Assembly: GCA_020059745.1 (NCBI GenBank)
Contig: JAGVBK010000004.1
Coordinates: 242,511-306,510 of the forward strand
Direction: 5' to 3'
From: Candidatus Shapirobacteria bacterium
Lineage (GTDB): Bacteria; Patescibacteriota; Microgenomatia; UM-FILTER-40-11
Length of the DNA stretch: 64,000 bases
In this document: positions 57,000 through 64,000 of the stretch, one piece after another
How the letters are laid out: each line of letters begins with the position of its first letter
Numbering within the stretch: position 1 is the first letter of the stretch
Notes under the pieces: generated by a model
What the model saw: the letters and a program-made list of their open reading frames with translations, nothing else
Databases searched by the model: none
Told to the model about the DNA's origin: nothing
Position numbers and translations under genes: made by a program

Positions 57000-57767
57000 A
57001 TGAGCTTTTTTAAAGCCCTTTTTTTAGCTTTGGTTCAAGGCTTAACTGAGTTTTTGCCGGTTTCCTCTTCTGGTCATTTGGTTCTTTTTCAGAAACTTAT
57101 GAACTTTGGCACTCCTCCTGTTTTTTTTGATGTTCTTTTGCATTTCGGCACCTTGGGGTCAATTCTGGTATTTTTCAGAAAAGAAATTTTAGCGATTGTT
57201 AAAAACCCTGAAAAAAACAGGAAATTGATTTGCCTTATTTTTATCGGTTCAGTGCCTGCTGCAACTTTTGGTTTTATTCTAAGCAGCTATCTTGAAGAAG
57301 TTTTTGATTCACTTTTTTTTACCGGTTCGGCCTGGATTCTCGGAGGGGTAATTATTGTTTCTACTTTTTTTGTCGGTAAAAGGAGTAAGGAAAAAGAAAT
57401 GAACTTTAAAGATGCCTTTTTTATCGGTCTTTTTCAAGCTCTAGCTCTTTTTCCTGGAATTTCCCGTTCAGGAACAACCATAAGCAGCGGTCTTTTTAGA
57501 AATCTAAGTAGAGATCAGGTTTTTAATTTTTCTTTTCTTCTTGCTATTCCGGCAATTATCGGAGCCACCGGACTTCAGGCTTTAGAGGCTGATTATTCTC
57601 AGTTTTTTTCTTTTGTTAATATTTTTTCAATGGTTCTTGCCGGCATTATTGGCTATCTTGCCCTTTTTTTATTAAAAAAAGTGCTTGTTAAAGAAAAGTT
57701 TTACTATTTTGGCTTTTACTGCCTTTTTTTAGGGGCAGGGGTTTTAATTTTTTCCCTTTTTAAGTGA
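57000..57767 (+). CDS. uppP: undecaprenyl-diphosphate phosphatase
   Basis: QGLTEFLPVSSSGH, PGISRSG. Confidence 0.95.
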   Translation: MSFFKALFLALVQGLTEFLPVSSSGHLVLFQKLMNFGTPPVFFDVLLHFGTLGSILVFFRKEILAIVKNPEKNRKLICLIFIGSVPAATFGFILSSYLEEVFDSLFFTGSAWILGGVIIVSTFFVGKRSKEKEMNFKDAFFIGLFQALALFPGISRSGTTISSGLFRNLSRDQVFNFSFLLAIPAIIGATGLQALEADYSQFFSFVNIFSMVLAGIIGYLALFLLKKVLVKEKFYYFGFYCLFLGAGVLIFSLFK

Positions 57768-59237
57768 AGAAAATTAGCAATATTCATTTCCTTCTTTTTT
57801 TTTGTTTTTTTATCAAGAATTCTTTTATTAAGCAAATCCCCGGCTTTTTTTGACAGCCCTGAATATCTCTCCTTGGCCACAGAACCGTCTGCGCTTGAAG
57901 CTTTAAAAAAAGCTCATTACCCGATTCATCCACTTTATATTTTTGCAAGCTGGCTTTTTTTCCGAATTCCTCTTTCAGTAAGCAGCTTTTATAAACTTGA
58001 GTTTTTAAGCGCTATTTCTGGAACTGTTTTGGTTTGGGTGATTTATCTTTGTTTAAAAGAGTACTTTGATAAAAAAAAATCTTTACTTATTTCCCTAGCA
58101 GTTTCTTTACTGCCTTATTTTTGGTTAAGCCAAATTAATATTCTTTACGAGCCTTTTTTAATGCTTTTACAAGCTTTTTCTTTTTACTTTTTAATTAAAT
58201 ACTTTAAAAAAGAAAATCTGCTTTCCATCTTACTGTCAGGAGTTTTTTTAATGCTATCGCTTTTAGTTTCAACTACCAGTCTTTTTTTCCTTGCTTTCAT
58301 GTTTGTTTTTGCTGTTCTTGAGAAGAAAATAATGGTTTTTAAGCTTACTTTATATTTTCCCTTCCTTTTTCTTTGTTTTTTTATATATCTTTTTGTAATG
58401 AGTTTGCGGGGGATTCCCTGGCAGGATTTTTGGAAAGTGTTTACTTCTTCAAACAGCCTTTTGGGTAAAATTGAAAGCGAAAGGTTTATGTTTTTTGTGA
58501 GGGCAATAAGAAATTCACTCGTTGTTTTTATTTATCATTTAACACTGCCTCTTAGCGCTTTGTCTGTTGTTTTATTAATAAAACAGGGTAGTAAATTAAA
58601 GGAAAACTTTTTTGCTAAAAATAATACTAAAAGAATCGGGTTTTTTTTGGTTTGGTTAGCACTTTTTTTAATCATTAATTCCTATTGGCATGCCGGTATG
58701 TTTGGGAGAATTTCCATGATGTTTACCTTGTTTCCTTTTATTATTTTGGCAAATCATATTTTTTCAAAAAAAAGAATTTACGGTTTTCTTTTACTTTCTT
58801 TTTTACTGGTAAGCTCTTTTTTTAAAGTTATCCCTTACTGTTTAACCCAAGTTCCTTACTATGAGGAAAAAATCTTTCTTGGGAAAACTGAAAAGAGAAC
58901 CCTTGTTGTCAGCAACTACGAGGAGCCTTATTTGTGTGCCGAAAGCGACTGTCTGGTTCTAAATTCCCCAAAAACAGATAAAGAAATCCTTTTAAGAAGA
59001 ATTGATGATTTGCTTAAAGAAAACGAGAGAGTATTAATGACATCTCAAGCTGTAAGTGCTCCTTACAACCAATACGACGGCATGCACTATCATATACTTT
59101 CAAAAAGAAGGGTTTACCCCAAAACATTGGGTGAAGAAATTGCCGAAAAGTATAGGTTAAAACTTATAAAGCAGTGGCCTCAAAAAAACCTTAAGGTTTA
59201 TCAGCTTAAAAAACCCGAGGAGACTATCAGACAATAA
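57764..59237 (+). CDS. GT-C-like polytopic membrane glycosyltransferase, apparently frameshifted near its 5' end
   Basis: In-frame TM + FFDSPEY upstream of the ORF-track start, HYPIHPLY; GTG 57764 is one base out of frame. Confidence 0.6.
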
Positions 59238-59254
59238 AAGTCTGTAAATGAAAA

Positions 59255-59995
59255 ATGGAGCTTGACCAGTATTTTTTAAAAAATAAAGAACTTGCCAAAA
59301 AGTTGGTTGAAGTGGCTCGGGTGGGGAAAGAAGACATTGTGTTAGAAATTGGAGCAGGAAAGGGTTTTATTACTGAAGAGATTGCCAAAAAAGCGGGAAA
59401 GGTGATCGCCGTTGAAATCGACCGAGGTTTTGAAGGTGTTCTTAGGAAAATTCCAGGAAATGTTGAACTAGTTTTTGGTGATATAAACAATGTCTTGGAA
59501 GAGAGAGTTAAATTTAATAAAGTAGTGGCTAACCCCCCATCGTCTTTGGTTGAGCCTTTGGTCCGAAAATTTATTAACAAAGATTTTGAGGTGATGTCTT
59601 TCCTTTTGCCTCTTAAATTTTTTCAAAAACTTAAAAGCCCCTTTTTTACGGTTTATTATGATTCTTCTTTGGTAAGTGAAGTAGATAAAGACTCTTTTTC
59701 TCCGGCTCCGGGTACTAAATGGGCAATTGTTAAAATTACAAAGAAAGAAGAACCGCTTAAGAGCAAAGAGTGGGAAAGGTATATAAGGAAATATTTGTAC
59801 GAGCACTCTTCGGCCAAATTAAAAAACGCTTTAATGGAGGCTTTTGTCAGAATTTACCAGTCAAGAGGAAAAAGGTGTACCAAAAACCAGGCACGGCGCA
59901 TTGTTTTAAACTTGGGTTTTTTTTCAGAAAGTCCGCCGGAAGAAAAAGATATTCCTGAGATTGCTCAAAAAGCGGGCAATTATCTTTCAATCTAA
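59255..59995 (+). CDS. rRNA adenine dimethyltransferase family (RsmA/KsgA-like)
   Basis: QYFL, VLEIGAGKG, AVEID, atypical NPPS motif, FSPAP. Confidence 0.8.
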   Translation: MELDQYFLKNKELAKKLVEVARVGKEDIVLEIGAGKGFITEEIAKKAGKVIAVEIDRGFEGVLRKIPGNVELVFGDINNVLEERVKFNKVVANPPSSLVEPLVRKFINKDFEVMSFLLPLKFFQKLKSPFFTVYYDSSLVSEVDKDSFSPAPGTKWAIVKITKKEEPLKSKEWERYIRKYLYEHSSAKLKNALMEAFVRIYQSRGKRCTKNQARRIVLNLGFFSESPPEEKDIPEIAQKAGNYLSI

Positions 59996-59996
59996 A

Positions 59997-60019
59997 CCCC
60001 CCGGTGTTACACCGGGGGA
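59997..60019. terminator. GC-rich hairpin between convergent genes
   Basis: CCCCCCGGTGT-T-ACACCGGGGG; contains the same 15-mer found twice in rnpB. Confidence 0.6.
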
Positions 60020-60047
60020 TTATTTTCCCTTTTAAAGGACAAAATCT

Positions 60048-60191
60048 TTAGTTTGCACCAATTTTAAACATTGAGGTGCCGCAATCAGGACAACTAGCTT
60101 TCATAGCTGGTTTGCCATTTTTCATGGTAACTCTTTCCGGATTGGCGACTTCTTTCTTGGCGCGACACTTGACGCAGTACATTGTTGCCAT
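60048..60191 (-). CDS. small zinc-ribbon protein (DUF5679-like, 47 aa; not in ORF track)
   Basis: MATMYCVKCRAKKEVANPERVTMKNGKPAMKASCPDCGTSMFKIGAN; GGGAGGTGA RBS. Confidence 0.85.
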   Translation of the reverse strand: MATMYCVKCRAKKEVANPERVTMKNGKPAMKASCPDCGTSMFKIGAN

Positions 60192-60211
60192 ATTATCGTT
60201 CACCTCCCTTC

Positions 60212-60505
60212 TTAGTTAATGAAGGGCAGACTAATATGTTTCTCGAGTAAGAAAAACAAAGCTAACTCGAGGCTGATTGCCAGTATGGATAAGATAAGCG
60301 TTTTTGTCAAGTCCTTCCTAATCAGTTGAACCGGATAGACATAAAGAGACTCTCTTTGATATTGTTCATTTTTTTCTTCTTTGGGAGTTTCTGGCCTTTC
60401 TATGTTGGATTTTTGGTTTGTGGGGTCAGGGGAGGTGGTAAAAACTGGTTTTTGGATTCTTCTTAAATCTGCGGCAATTTTTTGCCTTTTTGTCTTTTTA
60501 GACAT
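60212..60505 (-). CDS. hypothetical protein with C-terminal TM
   Basis: KTKRQKIAADLRR...KDLTKTLILS; TATAGT 7 nt upstream of ATG 60505. Confidence 0.75.
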   Translation of the reverse strand: MSKKTKRQKIAADLRRIQKPVFTTSPDPTNQKSNIERPETPKEEKNEQYQRESLYVYPVQLIRKDLTKTLILSILAISLELALFFLLEKHISLPFIN

Positions 60506-60588
60506 CGACATTACTATAACATAATCCAATTTTTTTTGTCCAGCCACGATGTTGACTTTAATTTTTATTACTCTTAAAATTGCCTAAG

Positions 60589-61062
60589 ATGACCGATTTT
60601 TCGAGCTCTACCCTTTTAGTCTTAACTTTAGTTGTGTTTGCATGGCTTGGGGCAATAACTTTTTTGCTGGTACGAATTTACCGCACTTTTTCCCGGTTGA
60701 CAAAAGGGGCGAGCGATAAAGATTTAAAAACATTGTTGGAAGAGCTTTTAGGACAAGTCAAAAAAAATCAGGAAAAAGACACTGATTTGGAAAAAAGCCT
60801 TTTGGAAACCCAAAAGGAAGCACTTTTGCATATTCAGAAAGTTGGACTAATAAGATATAATCCTTTTGCTGACACTGGCGGCAATCAAAGCTTTGTTTTA
60901 GCGTTGCTGGACGGCAATAATAACGGAGTTGTGATAACCAGCCTTCACAGCAGGGAATCAACTAGGGTTTTTTCAAAACCAGTTATTGCCGGCAAGGAAA
61001 GCGAGTTTGAGTTTTCTAAGGAAGAGGTGCAGGCGATTTCAGAAGCTCAGAAGAAAAAATAG
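60589..61062 (+). CDS. DUF4446-family membrane-anchored protein
   Basis: TM, coiled coil, QKVGLIRYNPF..TGG.QSF.LALLD...NG. Confidence 0.85.
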   Translation: MTDFSSSTLLVLTLVVFAWLGAITFLLVRIYRTFSRLTKGASDKDLKTLLEELLGQVKKNQEKDTDLEKSLLETQKEALLHIQKVGLIRYNPFADTGGNQSFVLALLDGNNNGVVITSLHSRESTRVFSKPVIAGKESEFEFSKEEVQAISEAQKKK

Positions 61063-61117
61063 TATTTTACTTTTAATTTTTTATATATTTTTATAATTTA
61101 TTAATATTGGCAAATCC

Positions 61118-62329
61118 ATGAAAAAATTAAGACTGCCCTTGCTCTTCATAGGTATTTATCTACTTTCTGCCGGAATTTCCTATGGAGTTTTTAGTTTTGT
61201 AAAAGATTCCGGCTCTGGTTCGGTGGTGGAAACGCCGATCCCCCAGGAACAGGGGCAAAAAGGCCGTTTTCCGGTTCTGACCGGCCCTAAAGACCAGGTT
61301 TGTCCGATAAACGGCGCAAAATTTACCAAAACTGAAAAAGAGCTTTGGGAAAAAAGAAGGCCACTTATGGTAATGATTGAAAACCACGCTGATTCCAGGC
61401 CTCAGTCAGGGTTAGATAAGGCCGATGTTGTTTATGAAGCAGTGGCTGAGGGAGCGATTACCCGCTTTATGGCAGTTTTTTATTGTGCCGACGCCGCTTA
61501 CGCTTTAAAGGGAGATTACGATGTTGGACCGGTAAGGTCAGCCAGAACATACTTTCTTGATTGGGCTTCAGAGTACGCTGACTATCCTTTATATACCCAT
61601 GTCGGCGGAGCACACTGCAGTCCTGCCAATGGCAATAGCGGGCCTTGTACAACTGATAAAAGAGCTCAGGCGCTTGAACAGATTCAGGCATATGGCTGGC
61701 TTAACAAAGAAACCAAATCTGATTTAAACCAGTTTGCCCTTGGTTTTAAAGTTTGCCGCCGGGAACCTGATCGGACTGGCCAGCCCGTAGCTACAGAGCA
61801 TTCGATGTATTGCAGCACTGAAGCGCTTTGGGCAACTGCAGCGGAAAGAAACTTAACTAACGTTAACTATAAAAATGTTTCTTGGGATAAAAACTTCCGA
61901 CAATGGAAATTTAAAGATGATTCGCCTTCCTCCGGTTCTGTTTCACCGGAATTTGATTTTTGGCAGGACTATAAAGACTATCGGGTTAAATGGCAATATG
62001 ATCCGTCAAGCAATTCCTATAAAAGGTTCAACGGCGGCGAGCAGCATGTTGACTTTAACACCAAAGAGCAATTGACTGCCAAGAATGTAGTGGTACAATT
62101 TGCTAAAGAAGCCGGACCGGTGGATGTTCATAAACATATTCTTTACGGAACTACGGGTACAGGCCGGGCGCTGATTTTTAGGGATGGTTTAGTGATTGAC
62201 GGCAAATGGGCCAAAAAAACAAGAGCAGATAGGACTTTGTTTTACGACAGCAAAGGCAAGGAGATTGAGTTTAACCGAGGTAACATTTGGATCGAGGTTC
62301 TGCCCACAACCGGGAAAGTAACCTATTAA
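61118..62329 (+). CDS. DUF3048-family membrane-anchored secreted protein
   Basis: VMIENH..SRPQSGL..ADVVYE..AEGAITRF, GPVRSAR. Confidence 0.88.
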   Translation: MKKLRLPLLFIGIYLLSAGISYGVFSFVKDSGSGSVVETPIPQEQGQKGRFPVLTGPKDQVCPINGAKFTKTEKELWEKRRPLMVMIENHADSRPQSGLDKADVVYEAVAEGAITRFMAVFYCADAAYALKGDYDVGPVRSARTYFLDWASEYADYPLYTHVGGAHCSPANGNSGPCTTDKRAQALEQIQAYGWLNKETKSDLNQFALGFKVCRREPDRTGQPVATEHSMYCSTEALWATAAERNLTNVNYKNVSWDKNFRQWKFKDDSPSSGSVSPEFDFWQDYKDYRVKWQYDPSSNSYKRFNGGEQHVDFNTKEQLTAKNVVVQFAKEAGPVDVHKHILYGTTGTGRALIFRDGLVIDGKWAKKTRADRTLFYDSKGKEIEFNRGNIWIEVLPTTGKVTY

Positions 62330-62355
62330 GGAGACAAACGCTTGCCCCATGTAAG

Positions 62356-62931
62356 ATGCTAGAAGATATAGTTATTTCGAAAGTAAGAGTAAAGCTTCTT
62401 TGCTTGTTTTATTCAAACCCGACCGAGCTTTATCATGTCAGAGATTTGGTTAGGAGAACCAACGAGGAGATCAACGCGGTAAGAAGAGAGCTTCAGAATC
62501 TTGAAAAAGCGGGCATTCTAAAAAAAGAACCCCGCGGTAACCGTCTTTACTACTGGATTAACCCCTCTTATCCTTTATACCAGGAGCTTTTACAGATAGT
62601 TTCAAAAGAAGAAGGTTTAGGCAGCCAAATTATTAAAAACCGTAACCGCCTGGGGAAGGTTAATTACTGTGTTTTTTCAGGTAAATTCGTCAGAAGAATG
62701 GAAAGAGAAGAAGACGAAGTTGATATTTTGGTTGTCGGCAGTGTAGTGATGGTTGAACTGGCTTCTTTAATTAAGGCTGAAGAAGAAAAAAGAGGGAAGG
62801 AAATAAATTACACCGCCATGACTAATGAAGAATTTGAATTCCGCAAAAAAAGAAGAGATCCTTTTTTACTTGGCATATTAGGCAACAGTAAGGTGATGAT
62901 TATCGGCGACGAGGAAGAGCTTATTAAATAA
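62356..62931 (+). CDS. winged-HTH protein with degenerate nucleotidyltransferase-like domain
   Basis: HVRDLVR...NAVRRELQNLE..G; VDILVVG...EINY. Confidence 0.75.
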   Translation: MLEDIVISKVRVKLLCLFYSNPTELYHVRDLVRRTNEEINAVRRELQNLEKAGILKKEPRGNRLYYWINPSYPLYQELLQIVSKEEGLGSQIIKNRNRLGKVNYCVFSGKFVRRMEREEDEVDILVVGSVVMVELASLIKAEEEKRGKEINYTAMTNEEFEFRKKRRDPFLLGILGNSKVMIIGDEEELIK

Positions 62932-62941
62932 ACTGGTTTTA

Positions 62942-63136
62942 ATGACCCAAAAAGTAATAAGAACGGGGAATTCTTTAGCTGTCACTATTCCTTCAGACTT
63001 TGTAAAGTCTGTCGGAATCAGACCTGGTGACGAGGTAAGGTTGATAACAGAAACAGATAAAGGTGAGATTACTTATGTTTTTTCCGGCGCCAAGCAACTG
63101 CCTCTTTCTGAAAATTTTCTAAAAATTCGAAAGTAA
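62942..63136 (+). CDS. AbrB/MazE/SpoVT-family protein
   Basis: KVIRTGNSLAVTIP...GIRPGDEV. Confidence 0.85.
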   Translation: MTQKVIRTGNSLAVTIPSDFVKSVGIRPGDEVRLITETDKGEITYVFSGAKQLPLSENFLKIRK

Positions 63137-63185
63137 AAAGAAACCGCTTCTTTTTTGGGTTATAATTAAAAAAGTTTTAAATATC

Positions 63186-64000
63186 ATGAAAAAGACAAGG
63201 TCGGTACTCTGGCTTATTTTATTTGTTACCCTTTTTTCTGCTTTTATTGATTTGCCTAAAGATTTTCATTTTAAGCTTGATTTTGCCGGTCTTAGAGTGG
63301 ACCGCCGTTTTTCTTTTGAAAACCTGGATTTTAAAGCCGGACCGATAAATTTCAGAAGACCAATTGAAGTCAAGAAAGGTTTAGACCTTCAAGGCGGAAC
63401 TCATCTTGTTTTTAGCGCTGATATGGCCGGAATCAAAGAAGAAGATCGTGAAAGCGCTCTTGTTTCTGCCCAGGAAAATATTGAAAAAAGAGTCAACTAC
63501 TTTGGTGTCAGCGAAGCAGTGGTGCAAACCGCCAAAACAAATAATGACTATCGGTTAATTGTCGAGCTTCCGGGGGTAAAGGATGTTGACCAAGCAATTG
63601 AGCTTATTGGCCAAACCGCCCAGCTGCAGTTTTTAGAAGAAAACCCGGATCAGGAGGCAGCCTCAAAAAGCGGAGAATTTTTTTTACAGACCGACCTAAC
63701 AGGAAAAGACCTTAAAAGATCAGTAGTTCAGTTTGACCAAAACACCGGTTCGCCGGTAGTGGGCTTGGAGTTTAACCCTGAAGGAGCCAAAAAATTCGGA
63801 GAAATTACTACCAAAAACACAGGCAAAATCGTGGCCATTTTTCTTGATGGTGCTCCGGTTTCCCTGCCAGTGGTGGAAGAGCCGATCACGACCGGAAACG
63901 CGGTAATAAGAGGCGGTTTTAGCCTTGAGGAGGCAAAAAAACTAGCAGTTCAGCTTAACGCCGGTGCTTTGCCGGTTCCGGTTAAGCTGATTGAGCAAAG
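63186..64000 (+). CDS. secD: protein translocase SecD (partial, runs off the window)
   Basis: GLDLQGG, RLIVELPGV, IGQTAQL, LNAGALPVP. Confidence 0.93.
   Translation, partial: MKKTRSVLWLILFVTLFSAFIDLPKDFHFKLDFAGLRVDRRFSFENLDFKAGPINFRRPIEVKKGLDLQGGTHLVFSADMAGIKEEDRESALVSAQENIEKRVNYFGVSEAVVQTAKTNNDYRLIVELPGVKDVDQAIELIGQTAQLQFLEENPDQEAASKSGEFFLQTDLTGKDLKRSVVQFDQNTGSPVVGLEFNPEGAKKFGEITTKNTGKIVAIFLDGAPVSLPVVEEPITTGNAVIRGGFSLEEAKKLAVQLNAGALPVPVKLIEQ

Noticed and set aside
57765-57767. TGA-to-Gly recoding (genetic code 25)
   Set aside because: Long conserved genes contain no internal TGA, and rpsJ, rpsQ and rplQ end in TGA.
59255-59995. Erm-type macrolide resistance gene
   Set aside because: Housekeeping context and no leader peptide; cannot be separated from a KsgA-like protein by motifs alone.
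56855-60015. CRISPR array from CCGGTGTWACACCGG repeats
   Set aside because: Only three 15-bp copies, irregularly spaced, two inside rnpB, and no cas genes.

Overview
Chromosomal window of an AT-rich bacterium, most likely CPR/Patescibacteria and probably Microgenomates-like. This is inferred from the missing rpmD, shortened uL3/uL2 and gene context. Standard code 11 is used. Positions 1-33137 hold rpoBC, the str genes and a nearly complete S10-spc-alpha cluster. The str operon is split between rpsG and fusA by a ~5.6 kb block: two purine-type phosphoribosyltransferases flanking an ECF transporter with a structured leader. Positions 35203-47019 are an 11.8 kb integrated defence element sitting between mltG and tRNA-Pro(GGG). 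It carries a large serine recombinase (LSR), a tiny RDF-like gene, type III R-M, a GmrSD-Schlafen fusion, a second Schlafen protein, small HTH proteins and a highly structured candidate ncRNA in front of a small membrane protein. Its att site (core GTCG) lies inside the recombinase gene, so excision would give the recombinase a new 48-aa C-terminus encoded at the other end of the element. A perfect 15-bp inverted repeat brackets the divergent promoter/HTH segment between the two restriction systems. By eye the element lacks GATC, CCGG and TCGA. The rest is housekeeping: recA, recX, rny, HU, an ABC-2 transporter, miaB, miaA, RNase P RNA, uppP, a frameshifted GT-C-like gene, an rsmA-like gene and partial secD. 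All calls come from reading motifs by eye; no database searches were run.
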